This document shows, piece after piece, positions 1-9,780 of a stretch of DNA of 64,000 bases. The notes beneath the pieces were generated by a model. The model made no database searches and had not been told where the DNA came from. It saw only the letters and a list, made by a program, of their open reading frames with translations. The stretch covers positions 1-64,000 of the IMG/VR virus record IMGVR_UViG_3300042397_001844; one strand, written 5' to 3'. Made by a program: the position numbers and the translations under genes. Each line of letters opens with the position of its first letter. The stretch's first letter is position 1. The stretch is from a virus.

Positions 1-76
1 TTCTTTGTGGTGCTAATGATAAATCTTTCGTAGGGTCAAAGTTTGGAAACCCCTTCACTTCTTCTTGTTCTTCCAT
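1..76 (-). CDS. hypothetical protein, 5' part only (runs off window start)
   Basis: ATG at 76, reads MEEQEEVKGFPNFDPTKDLSLAPQR; ATACTTATA motif upstream; not in ORF track. Confidence 0.5.
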   Translation of the reverse strand, partial: MEEQEEVKGFPNFDPTKDLSLAPQR

Positions 77-139
77 AACTAAATTTGATACACTTTTTAT
101 GTTTCTATATATAAGTATATCAATTTTCTTTTTTCGTAA

Positions 140-565
140 CTACAATTTATTAATTTCTTTCAAGTGATGAATTAATTTTGTAAAAGATTGTGTTGAATTG
201 TCCGATGTTGTATCTAAATCAAAGAAGTTTTCGGTTGGTGGTTCATAACCATCAACTTTTGGCAAATCTTTACTTTTCTTACGATTACTATGTATATAAA
301 TTTCAAATATATTTTCACCTAAAATAGATTTAAATTCTTCTCTATGTTTTTTTGATATATCTGTCATAGCTACTACAACATCACAATTATTTTTCAATAA
401 AAAAGTTGAAATAATTTGCGCTTCTCCCAATTGAGAATGATGCGGAAAATCTATAAGGAAAACATCCTTACGCCAATTTCGTTTTTCGGTTTGTAAGAAA
501 TCTCTTAGCTTAGTAGCTAATACAGTTTTTCCCGAACCAGTTTGTCCTGTAAACCAATATATCAT
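140..565 (-). CDS. adenylylsulfate-kinase-like P-loop kinase (shortened)
   Basis: IYWFTGQTGSGKT Walker A and YEPP..LDT tail as in CysC; only 141 aa. Confidence 0.6.
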   Translation of the reverse strand: MIYWFTGQTGSGKTVLATKLRDFLQTEKRNWRKDVFLIDFPHHSQLGEAQIISTFLLKNNCDVVVAMTDISKKHREEFKSILGENIFEIYIHSNRKKSKDLPKVDGYEPPTENFFDLDTTSDNSTQSFTKLIHHLKEINKL

Positions 566-607
566 AACTTAGTTTTTTATAAGTATCTTTTTTTTAATTA
601 TTTGTAT

Positions 608-2392
608 TTAAGGTATCATTACAATAGATACATTAGCTCCCTTTTCTTTTTCTGGATATGTGGTAGAGAATATATGCTTTACCTTACCACCATTTAATAA
701 TGCTGAACTTTTATTTCCAGTTGTACAATCAGTCCAAAATATATATCCACCATTTGCTGCTCTACAAAAATATTCTACACAATCAGGCGGTGCTGCCGTT
801 GTTGTGGTTGTAGTTGATGTTGATGTAGTTGATGTTGAAGTTGAAGTAGTACTTGTTGATGTTGTTGTGGTAGTGGTTGATACTGCACTATAATTAGAGT
901 ATAGTATTTTTTGTGCACTGCCTAATAAACTTCTAGTGTTAGAATAATCCGTAGTATTTCCAGTTGTATATAAAACACTACCAGCCGTATTTAATAAAGA
1001 TGTTTTTATTTGTGCTGGCGTATATGTTGGATTTAATTGTAATACTAGTGCTGCCACACCTGCTACTTGAGGAGTTGCCATTGATGTACCACTAATATTT
1101 GTTTGTTTATATGATGCGTTTAAATAATAATTTTGAGAACCACCACCCCACTTATTTGTATTGGATGTTGCACTCATTATATCAGTACCAGGTGCCCATA
1201 TACTAACTCCCGGTCCAGTTTCACTATAAGTTGCTCTTTGGTCATTGGTAGCATCATAAGTAGTACTATCCATAGAACCAACCATAAGAGCATTATCACT
1301 ATATGGAGATGAACCTCTATGATAATAAATTGTATCAGTATCAGTAACTACAAAATTGTTATAATCAGTCCCACCGGATACATCTATTTTAGTTCCCCTA
1401 TTTCCAGCTGCTATACAAACAATAACACCTGCCGCAATTAATTCCTCAATATCAGTATCAACCGAACCAATTCTTACATTGGCAAGATATGTAGTTGTAC
1501 TTCCTGCTGATGAATTTAATCCGTAGTTTGTGTATCTATATGATGCGTTTCCTGTTGTTGATACATCCGTATATGATGTACCTCTATATGTTAAAGATGT
1601 TACTGTATTGTATCCTTGTCCATATCCCCAACTCATATTAACTATCGTTGGTCTAGCTCCTGCTTTAGAAGTATGCCATGTTTTAATAGCATCAAATGCG
1701 TAAGTAATACTAATACCAGTACCACTATCACCACTACCTTCTAATCCTGCTAATTTTTGAGAATATACTCTTGCTTCCTTTGCCCAACCATATGTTTTAC
1801 CACAAGCTATACCAGCACAATGTGTACCATGCCCATCGTAATCTCTATAATGATTTGCGTTTTGTGTGAAAGCTCCACCACTATAAGCACCCCAATTCAA
1901 TTGTTGAACTCTTGTATTACCACTACCATCTTGAAATTCTGGATGGTCTATTTGTAAACCACTATCTTGAATTACAACATCAACACCCGTACCATTTAAA
2001 GTATATGTATAATTTAATGCAGTTGTTGTACCAATACCATAAACGTTTGTTGCATTAGATGAACGAATCAATCCCCAGTTAAGGAATGCTCCACTATCAG
2101 AAGTTGTTTTTGTAAAATCCCCTGTTTGTGTTACGGTTGGCATCATTACGATATCCGTTCTAAACTCCGGTGGTATTTCTACACAAAATACTCTATCATC
2201 TTGTCTTAATAATTCAGCTTCTTCATCGGTAAGTAAATACCAACATTGACGTAACGATGCAGGTCTTTCGTTTGTAAATTCTACTGCTCTATTTGGAATA
2301 TAAAGTTTACCACCATCGGTATCACTTTCCATATCATTCCAAAAACCATCGTAGTCTATTCCCTCCTTAAGTGCAACGTTATATTGTTTCAT
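608..2392 (-). CDS. S8 subtilisin-like serine protease with C-terminal Thr-rich linker and Cys module
   Basis: VVIQDSG, HGTHCAG, AAGN and SGTSMATP catalytic motifs. Confidence 0.92.
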   Translation of the reverse strand: MKQYNVALKEGIDYDGFWNDMESDTDGGKLYIPNRAVEFTNERPASLRQCWYLLTDEEAELLRQDDRVFCVEIPPEFRTDIVMMPTVTQTGDFTKTTSDSGAFLNWGLIRSSNATNVYGIGTTTALNYTYTLNGTGVDVVIQDSGLQIDHPEFQDGSGNTRVQQLNWGAYSGGAFTQNANHYRDYDGHGTHCAGIACGKTYGWAKEARVYSQKLAGLEGSGDSGTGISITYAFDAIKTWHTSKAGARPTIVNMSWGYGQGYNTVTSLTYRGTSYTDVSTTGNASYRYTNYGLNSSAGSTTTYLANVRIGSVDTDIEELIAAGVIVCIAAGNRGTKIDVSGGTDYNNFVVTDTDTIYYHRGSSPYSDNALMVGSMDSTTYDATNDQRATYSETGPGVSIWAPGTDIMSATSNTNKWGGGSQNYYLNASYKQTNISGTSMATPQVAGVAALVLQLNPTYTPAQIKTSLLNTAGSVLYTTGNTTDYSNTRSLLGSAQKILYSNYSAVSTTTTTTSTSTTSTSTSTTSTSTTTTTTAAPPDCVEYFCRAANGGYIFWTDCTTGNKSSALLNGGKVKHIFSTTYPEKEKGANVSIVMIP

Positions 2393-2435
2393 TTATTTAC
2401 TTATAGTGTATTATTGATAAATATTCTATTTTAAA

Positions 2436-3224
2436 CTATTTGACGTATCTATTATAATATTCAACATTCAAATTGTCTAAATTATTGTTAATCCAAATAT
2501 AGTATTTTTCATATACTTCATGTAATTGTAATTTTGATAATTTTTGTAAAGGTCTCTTTGCGTAATCAGTTGATGCTAATTTATGATTTTCAAAATTATC
2601 AGGCGAACCAATTGCTCCACTTTGTTTATGGCCGGCAACTTCATGTGGGTCACTCCAATTAAAACAATAAGATGGAATATAATTATTATTCCATTCATCT
2701 AATTGCTTTTCATCTCTTAATTTAGTGTACCAACTCAATCCTTCATATCCAGTAATATCTGAACGGAATCCGATTTCTCTAATTCTATTCATCTTTACTA
2801 TTACACTTGCTTCTAATGTATTTTGGCACATCTCTATTTTAGTATGAGTTGCAAATAAACTTGCTCTAGGTTTCCAAGCATCAGTTCCTAATTCTTCAAT
2901 ACCTTCTACTGCCTGTTGTATGTGCCAAGGTAAATAAATGTCATCATCATCTGCTAACATAAAATAATCACCAGTAGCATGAGTAATCGCATCTCTACAT
3001 ATCTGTCCTCTATTCTCATACTCACATGCTGTCTGATAATTTATGTTGTTATTCACAATTATAATGCTATCATCTTCAAATCCCAATTCGTATGGATGTT
3101 CTTCATCGGTATTGAATATAATCAATTCTTTGTTTGGATATGTTTGTGCATGATATTGTGCTACTATCCTTTCAACACAAGTAAATCTACCATAGGTAGT
3201 ACATACGAAACTAACTTTTTTCAT
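2436..3224 (-). CDS. GT2-family glycosyltransferase
   Basis: VSFVCTTYGR, QTYPNKELII, DYFMLADDDD. Confidence 0.85.
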   Translation of the reverse strand: MKKVSFVCTTYGRFTCVERIVAQYHAQTYPNKELIIFNTDEEHPYELGFEDDSIIIVNNNINYQTACEYENRGQICRDAITHATGDYFMLADDDDIYLPWHIQQAVEGIEELGTDAWKPRASLFATHTKIEMCQNTLEASVIVKMNRIREIGFRSDITGYEGLSWYTKLRDEKQLDEWNNNYIPSYCFNWSDPHEVAGHKQSGAIGSPDNFENHKLASTDYAKRPLQKLSKLQLHEVYEKYYIWINNNLDNLNVEYYNRYVK

Positions 3225-3993
3225 TTAAGTATTTTTTATATTCTTTTAATCCTTTTTTCAAATTGAATTTTGGCTTCCAATTTGGCATCCATTTATTTTC
3301 TAAACTTAGTGTTTGAAACTGGTATCCTTTTGGTATTTTTGATTGATTGTGATATGTGTATTGTAATCCTAAATTATCAAATATTGTTTCAAATGTATTA
3401 CTCTCACCACTACCAACTTCGTACCAATTTCCTTTTAGTTTATCATAGTTTTCTAATGCGTATAAATTAGCATTTACAATATCATCAATATAAACAAAAT
3501 CTCTTTTTGGTTTACCTGGAAATAATTTAATTTCATTATTATTTAAATTCTGATAAATCATTGATGCCATTTTTCCTTTATGTTCTTCGCCCGGCCCATA
3601 CACATTAAAATATCTTAATGCAATACCACCTTTAGCAACAACATAATCTTCACCCATTAACTTTGACCAACCATATAAGTTAGAAGGTTTCTTACCATCA
3701 AACCCATATACAGCTGCTGATGATGCATATATTATTTTTTTATTGTTAGTAATACACCAATCAGTAATCCACTTTGTAGATAGATAATTTCTTTCCATAA
3801 CAAATCCAATATCAGTACAAAGAGTATCACTACATGCTCCGATATGAAATACTACATCTGGTTGATGTATATTTAAAAAGTTATTTATATAAGATTCATC
3901 ATATCTTTTATCTATACCAATTACTGATACAAATTCTTTGAATAGATTCTTACCAACAAATCCTTTATGTCCAGTTATTACTATCTTATCCAT
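3211..3993 (-). CDS. ADP-heptose 6-epimerase (HldD/RfaD)-like NAD-dependent epimerase
   Basis: TGHKGFVG, FHIGACSDT, YASSAAVYG, YGWSK, RYFNVYGPGEEHKGKMAS. Confidence 0.8.
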   Translation of the reverse strand: MDKIVITGHKGFVGKNLFKEFVSVIGIDKRYDESYINNFLNIHQPDVVFHIGACSDTLCTDIGFVMERNYLSTKWITDWCITNNKKIIYASSAAVYGFDGKKPSNLYGWSKLMGEDYVVAKGGIALRYFNVYGPGEEHKGKMASMIYQNLNNNEIKLFPGKPKRDFVYIDDIVNANLYALENYDKLKGNWYEVGSGESNTFETIFDNLGLQYTYHNQSKIPKGYQFQTLSLENKWMPNWKPKFNLKKGLKEYKKYLNEKS

Positions 3994-4625
3994 TTTTTAT
4001 ACATATCTCTGTATTGTTTTTCTCTTTTTATTTTACCTCCCCATAAATCACTTTCGAAATCATCATCTTGCCAAGCTAATAATTCCTTAGACATATAATA
4101 ATTGTTATCATACATACCCATATAAATTGTATCAATAATACCCATCGTATATGGTAAATTAATTACCTTATCATAAAACGATTCATTGATTACATATGCA
4201 TGAGTAGCGTACATACCAGCAGTACATTTAGCCAACGTATCACTTACACTATCACACCAACTACCCGGCTCACCCCCCATATAAAATATATCCCATTTTT
4301 TATCTTTCAGTTCCTCTATACATTCTTTAACCTTATCAACAAACCCATCTACAAATACGCAATCATCTTCAAATATTACACAATTTTTCCAACCTCTACG
4401 TTTTGCTTCTTTAATCATTTCAAAGTGAGAGTATGTGCATGATATCTTAATATGCCAATTATTTCCGTTGAATGGATTTGGCACATCTTCTTCTTTAAGT
4501 TGAATAGCTGAGAATCTTTCTATTTCAAATCCAGCTTCTTTACTTCTCTTTTCAAATGCCTCTTTCCTTTCAGTTCGTTTATCTAAGTTAAGATAAAATC
4601 CACCATCAAAATAATCAAATATCAT
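3981..4625 (-). CDS. GT25-family glycosyltransferase
   Basis: YLNLDKRTER, SCTYSH, IFEDD, THAYVI. Confidence 0.85.
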   Translation of the reverse strand: MIFDYFDGGFYLNLDKRTERKEAFEKRSKEAGFEIERFSAIQLKEEDVPNPFNGNNWHIKISCTYSHFEMIKEAKRRGWKNCVIFEDDCVFVDGFVDKVKECIEELKDKKWDIFYMGGEPGSWCDSVSDTLAKCTAGMYATHAYVINESFYDKVINLPYTMGIIDTIYMGMYDNNYYMSKELLAWQDDDFESDLWGGKIKREKQYRDMYKKWIR

Positions 4626-4626
4626 A

Positions 4627-5334
4627 TTACTTAGGTATTGCTATATAATCAACTAAATGGTCTGCATCAATAACTTTTTTATATGAATATCCCAATGAAT
4701 CTAATCTATTGAACACATCATTTTCATTCCAACCATATATTTGTAATTGTGGAAACTCAACTTCTATAAAGATTATTGGTTTATGTTTTTTAATCGTTTC
4801 TATTGCGCCATCTAATACTTTTGGTTCGTAACCCTGTACATCTATTTTCAATACCGCTACATCTTCAAACTCATAAGAATCCAAAGGTCTAACTTCTACA
4901 TCATTATAACCAGAACCATAGTAAGCATCTAAATGAGCATTACCAATATTGATTGTATCATCTGAATGATATTGTAGATTTTCCATTTTAAGATTTGTAT
5001 GTTCATCACTTAATGCTATATTGTGTGCAGTTATATTATCATATCCATTCAGTATTATATTTCCACATAATTGATAGTAAACTAACTTTTGTGGTTCAAA
5101 TGATATTACTTTACCATCATCAACTAAATCGGCAAATTCTAATGTATGAAATCCAAAGTTAGCACCAGCATCAATTATAGTCTTTCCTTTAATATCTACA
5201 TTATCTTTGATATAATCAAAAATATAGTGTTCATAGATACCACCCTTACGAGTCATATCAGTTACACCACAATCATTTTTAAATAGAATATACTCCTTAC
5301 GAGTCTTTACATATTCGATTGGTAATTTTTTCAT
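4627..5334 (-). CDS. FkbM-family SAM methyltransferase
   Basis: IDAGANFG, FEP, KIDVQGYE. Confidence 0.9.
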   Translation of the reverse strand: MKKLPIEYVKTRKEYILFKNDCGVTDMTRKGGIYEHYIFDYIKDNVDIKGKTIIDAGANFGFHTLEFADLVDDGKVISFEPQKLVYYQLCGNIILNGYDNITAHNIALSDEHTNLKMENLQYHSDDTINIGNAHLDAYYGSGYNDVEVRPLDSYEFEDVAVLKIDVQGYEPKVLDGAIETIKKHKPIIFIEVEFPQLQIYGWNENDVFNRLDSLGYSYKKVIDADHLVDYIAIPK

Positions 5335-6515
5335 ATTAATACTGATTTTTGTCCTACTTTTCTAACCCATTGATAATAATACCAACTAGCCGTTCCTTCC
5401 GTTATATTCAATATATCTCCATATGGCAATTTATCCATATATTGTGCTTTATAAAATTTACCAGTATCGCTACTTGTGATACCAGCATTGTGAAATATAT
5501 TCATTCTCTTATAATCATCTTCGTTTGATGTTGCCCAACTGAATTCCATATTAGGGTGGCATTCTGTGTGTGCTCTCATTTTCCAAGCGTTCCATAATAC
5601 AGCCCACATATCAGCACACCATATTTGTAATTCGTGATGTGTTGGGTCTAATTCTTTCTTTTGTTTATTTAACTGATTTATATCTTTGAAAAGTAATTCA
5701 GATTCTCTTTCAACTCTATCCCAATAGTAATGAGTTATACCCTTCATTATATATTGTGCACCTATTGCGTTTTTTTCATAAGCCCTAACAACTCCTTTAT
5801 TTATACCAACTATCTCACACATCTTAGTAAGTACATCATCTCCTTTAGATAAAATGTAATCATGTCCAATATACCAACGAGTATCTGAACCATACCACTT
5901 CTCATCATTAATCATTTCATCCGTAATCCATTCATTTATTGGCTTGGTAAATATGATATCACAATCATGATAGAATATCGTTTCATCTTTTAATTCAGGA
6001 TATTTTTCCCAATGCTGTTTTAGTATATTAGGTCTTATAGATGATATGTAATCTTTTGTTACTCTAGTATCATCATAAAAAAAGAAACGAGCAGCGTAAG
6101 CATTAGCTAATTTGGACCAAGCTTCAGGAATTGTACCATCTTCTTTCCAACATACGATATCAACATTATTTAAGTTGATACCCATTTCCATAAAATTGTT
6201 TAACATTACTTCTACCTGCCAAGTGTAATAAGGGATTGCAGGTTGTGCTGATACGAATCTTAGATTTTTCTTACTTTTGTATTTTACTAATTTGTCTTCA
6301 ACATATGCCCATCTGTTATCAGGACATTGTCCCATTTCTTGAGTAAATACTTTTGATTTCAACATACACCCACATAGTGAACATACATTTTTTACACCAT
6401 CAACTTCTTTTTTATTGGGGCACGAATTACAAACTTCAATTCGTTTGGATGCTAATTCATTTCTCTCATCATTTGGGTTGTAATCAATACCCCAAGATTT
6501 AAAAATTTCTTCCAT
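5331..6515 (-). CDS. GT-A glycosyltransferase resembling peptidyl-Ser/Hyp O-glycosyltransferases (GT96/GT95), with N-terminal Cys-rich domain
   Basis: YYTWQ, DYISSIRPN, YHDCDIIFTKPI (DxD), WCADMW, FHNAG; N-terminal CxxC..CxxCGC..CP..W. Confidence 0.65.
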   Translation of the reverse strand: MEEIFKSWGIDYNPNDERNELASKRIEVCNSCPNKKEVDGVKNVCSLCGCMLKSKVFTQEMGQCPDNRWAYVEDKLVKYKSKKNLRFVSAQPAIPYYTWQVEVMLNNFMEMGINLNNVDIVCWKEDGTIPEAWSKLANAYAARFFFYDDTRVTKDYISSIRPNILKQHWEKYPELKDETIFYHDCDIIFTKPINEWITDEMINDEKWYGSDTRWYIGHDYILSKGDDVLTKMCEIVGINKGVVRAYEKNAIGAQYIMKGITHYYWDRVERESELLFKDINQLNKQKKELDPTHHELQIWCADMWAVLWNAWKMRAHTECHPNMEFSWATSNEDDYKRMNIFHNAGITSSDTGKFYKAQYMDKLPYGDILNITEGTASWYYYQWVRKVGQKSVLI

Positions 6516-6561
6516 TTTGTGTATAACCTTTATTTAATATAATTATCAAATTTTTAATATT

Positions 6562-8334
6562 TTAACAAGTTCCATCAACACCACTTACATTTAATGCTGG
6601 GCTTGAAGTTCCATCTAAATATTGACCAGTAAATGTTAATGATTGTCCACTACCCACTCCTGCATTTTGACAACTGGTAGTATTGGTACTATCAGTTACC
6701 TCTACTTTCTGTCCACCAGTACTACATCCAAAATAAACAACCACATCGTATGTTCCAACTTTAGCAACAGTTCCATTAACATTTTCATTAACACCAATAA
6801 CAATTGGATATGATGATGAATTTAGTGTTACAGATACACCATCTACTGTTACATCGGTGATTGTTATATCCAATGATGGTTGTACACTTATAAATACTTC
6901 TGAACTTGTTGGTGCTGCCGTTGTTGTTGAAGTACTTGTAGATGTCGTTGAAGTACTGGTTGATGTTGATGACGTAGATGTTGTTGTAGCTGGACAACCA
7001 GTAGTTCCGGCCCCACCCACAGTAACAACATCAATTAAAGGTCCACCAGGATTTGATGTTAATTCAGCCAATACATACCAAAACGCTCCACCAAATGTAA
7101 CTCTTTCATTGATAGCAAATGTACCAATTGCTTTTTGTGTAGAGTTTTGAGTAGTACCATTTGTACAAGAATATAAAGAATACCAAGCGGGTGCTGATGT
7201 TGTAGTTGTAGTTGTTGGCGGCTCCGTTGTAGTTGTAGTTGTTGGCGGCTCCGTTGTTGTTGTAGTTGTAGTTGTTGGAGCTGCTGTTGTTGTGGTAGTT
7301 GTTGATGTAGTTACTCCAGTACAAGCAGTTTCATTTTGTAAATTACCAACACCAGCTGCCGTATTCCAATATTTTACACCATTTGAATAGTAGCCATTTG
7401 CTACTGGTGTGGTTAATGCAGATGTTGTATATAATATAGTGCCCGTTCCCAAAGTTGCACCAGGACCAGCATAATATACATTTCTATTAGTTGGAGTTGC
7501 ATAATCTGTACAAGCAACTTGCCCATCGGAATTACTGTATGTTAAACTGAATGGTGTGTAACTTAATGTAGTTGTGGTTGTTGTTGGTGCTGCCGTTGTA
7601 GTTGTAGTTGGTGCTTCTGTTGTTGTACTTGTACTTGTTGTTGATGTGGATGTTGATGTTGATGTTGAAGTACTTGTTGATGTTGAAGTAGTACTTGTCG
7701 ATGTTGAAGTAGTACTTGTCGATGTTGTTGTAGTTGTTGTTTGTGGACAAGGTGTACCATTTGAAAGAACACCACCACTTGCGGCAACATTAACTTCCCA
7801 ATAATCAACACCATTTGAATAAAATCCATCTGCTACAATATTTGTATATACACCATCTACATATAAAGTATTACCATCAGCAAGTGCACCGCCAGGTTGT
7901 AAATAATATGTTGCTGTGTCTGGAATTGGTGCTGTAAATTTATAACAAGCAGTTGGTCCATCCACATTACTATAAGCTAATGTAACCGGTATAGCTGCCA
8001 ACGTTGTTGTTGAAGTAGATGTTGAAGTTGATGTTGTTGATGTACTTGTAGTTGATGTTGTAGGTGCTGCCGTTGTTGAAGTAGATGTTGAAGTACTTGT
8101 AGTTGATGTTGTAATACCAGCTATGTTTATAACTAGCTGATTAGTACAAGCACCCGTTGATGTAACAAATATATTAGTTGCGCCATCGGGTGAAACAGTT
8201 ATAGATTTTCCAGCTATTAACTCACTTCTAGTTGCAGTATTGGGTGTAACAGTATGCCCACTATTTGAAGTAAGGTTAAAGTTAGGTCCTAAATTAGCTC
8301 CCATTCCAGAATCAAGTGTCAACAATATATCCAT
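6562..8334 (-). CDS. mucin-like Thr/Ser-rich modular protein, probably virion surface or fibre
   Basis: small beta-rich Cys-flanked modules separated by four poly-Thr/Ser linkers; no evident signal peptide. Confidence 0.7.
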   Translation of the reverse strand: MDILLTLDSGMGANLGPNFNLTSNSGHTVTPNTATRSELIAGKSITVSPDGATNIFVTSTGACTNQLVINIAGITTSTTSTSTSTSTTAAPTTSTTSTSTTSTSTSTSTTTLAAIPVTLAYSNVDGPTACYKFTAPIPDTATYYLQPGGALADGNTLYVDGVYTNIVADGFYSNGVDYWEVNVAASGGVLSNGTPCPQTTTTTTSTSTTSTSTSTTSTSTSTSTSTSTSTSTTSTSTTTEAPTTTTTAAPTTTTTTLSYTPFSLTYSNSDGQVACTDYATPTNRNVYYAGPGATLGTGTILYTTSALTTPVANGYYSNGVKYWNTAAGVGNLQNETACTGVTTSTTTTTTAAPTTTTTTTTEPPTTTTTTEPPTTTTTTSAPAWYSLYSCTNGTTQNSTQKAIGTFAINERVTFGGAFWYVLAELTSNPGGPLIDVVTVGGAGTTGCPATTTSTSSTSTSTSTTSTSTSTTTAAPTSSEVFISVQPSLDITITDVTVDGVSVTLNSSSYPIVIGVNENVNGTVAKVGTYDVVVYFGCSTGGQKVEVTDSTNTTSCQNAGVGSGQSLTFTGQYLDGTSSPALNVSGVDGTC

Positions 8335-8359
8335 ACTTTTAAATATTCTTTTTTATTTT

Positions 8360-9472
8360 TTATAAACAACTAAGTGTTCCATATTCTATTACTACCACAT
8401 CAGATGAAGTAAATGTTACGTTACTAAATGTATATGTACCACTTCCACCAACATATAAAGTTTCGATATCTATACTATTGACGGTTAAAGTCATACATTT
8501 AGCTGTGGTTACACCGGACAACTCAACATAAATTGGTCCATTAGTTATAGTAGCACCCCCACCACTTGCGTTTTGACCTATTGTGATTGGAAACGCTCCA
8601 ATATCAAAGAAATAAAAATATGCACCACCAGTAGTATTTACATCTTCTATTTGTCCATCCGATGCCGTATTTGTTACCGTAAAGCTTCCTCCTGGTGCTG
8701 CAGTTGTAGTTGTTGTAGTTGTTGTAGTTGTACTTGTTGTTGGTGGTTGCGTTGTCGATGTTGATGTACTTGTAGTTGATGTTGGTGGTTGCGTTGTCGA
8801 TGTTGATGTACTTGTAGTTGTTGTATATACCATTACCGCAGTACCTCCATTATAATTACAATTAACAGCCGCTGTGGTTGTTGATGTAGTTGATGTTGAT
8901 GTAGATGTAGTCGATGTAGTTGAAGTCGATGTTGTAGTTGTTGTATTTGTACAATTAACCGCAGTACTTTTTGTAGTCGATGCTCCACTACTATCTCTTA
9001 AAATTATAAACCAAGTTCCGTTAAATACACCAGTAAAACTATATGTACTAGCTCCACTCAATGCTATTGGTGTTGCCGATAATGCTGAACCTGCGGAATT
9101 ACCTATTGCTACACTCGTATATGTACCATTACCACCACTAAATCCATTGACAATTATTTTACCAGTACCATTAGTTCCACTACCCTCACAAGAAGGAGTT
9201 AGTGTAAAATCAACAGGAGGTATTGTTGTTGATGTCGTTGTAGTTTCTCCAATCAAATAACATCCAGTACAATCATCATTACAATATCCAATTATAGATA
9301 CCGTTGCTGCTGCGGATGCTGATACAGTATTGTTTTGTGCTTGGAAATCAATAGAAAGTAATCCATTGTGTAGGTATTGCGTAGGACCATAATAACCCTC
9401 ACACTCAATCCAGTCCACTTTTGAAAATGAACCCGCTGGTACTGCAACTCTATAAAGATTTATATTAGCCAT
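8360..9472 (-). CDS. mucin-like Thr/Ser-rich modular protein
   Basis: poly-Thr/Ser linkers between beta-rich modules; C-terminal module resembles that of 6562..8334. Confidence 0.7.
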   Translation of the reverse strand: MANINLYRVAVPAGSFSKVDWIECEGYYGPTQYLHNGLLSIDFQAQNNTVSASAAATVSIIGYCNDDCTGCYLIGETTTTSTTIPPVDFTLTPSCEGSGTNGTGKIIVNGFSGGNGTYTSVAIGNSAGSALSATPIALSGASTYSFTGVFNGTWFIILRDSSGASTTKSTAVNCTNTTTTTSTSTTSTTSTSTSTTSTTTAAVNCNYNGGTAVMVYTTTTSTSTSTTQPPTSTTSTSTSTTQPPTTSTTTTTTTTTTAAPGGSFTVTNTASDGQIEDVNTTGGAYFYFFDIGAFPITIGQNASGGGATITNGPIYVELSGVTTAKCMTLTVNSIDIETLYVGGSGTYTFSNVTFTSSDVVVIEYGTLSCL

Positions 9473-9519
9473 TGATTAATTAAATAGTGTCAATTACTAA
9501 TAAGTATCTATCCTTTAAA

Positions 9520-9762
9520 TTATGTGGTTACTAAAGAAGCTTGATATGCTGCTATCACTTCTTCTGTCCAAACTGCATTTGCGATAGCTTGAACTTTTGG
9601 GTCTTCGTTTACAATATTATCACCAGGTGCTAATACATGTCTATGAAATGTTCTTGCAATTTCAGTACCATCTTTTTCAATGATATTTGCAGTACGAACT
9701 TGGATGTGATTTGATTGTACAAGTTCTACTAAGTCTACGATTTGTTTTTCTATTAATGCCAT
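9520..9762 (-). CDS. small tail-fibre-associated protein
   Basis: IQVRTANIIEKDGTEIARTFHRHVLAPG..VQAIANAVWT; a type typically following DYEEGTFTP-domain fibres in aquatic phages. Confidence 0.65.
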   Translation of the reverse strand: MALIEKQIVDLVELVQSNHIQVRTANIIEKDGTEIARTFHRHVLAPGDNIVNEDPKVQAIANAVWTEEVIAAYQASLVTT

Positions 9763-9780
9763 TTTATATTAATTTTATGT

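Noticed and set aside
660-9260. Plus-strand Val-rich ORFs and alternate-frame Asn/Gln-rich ORFs
   Set aside because: They are shadows of the poly-Thr codon runs in the real minus-strand genes
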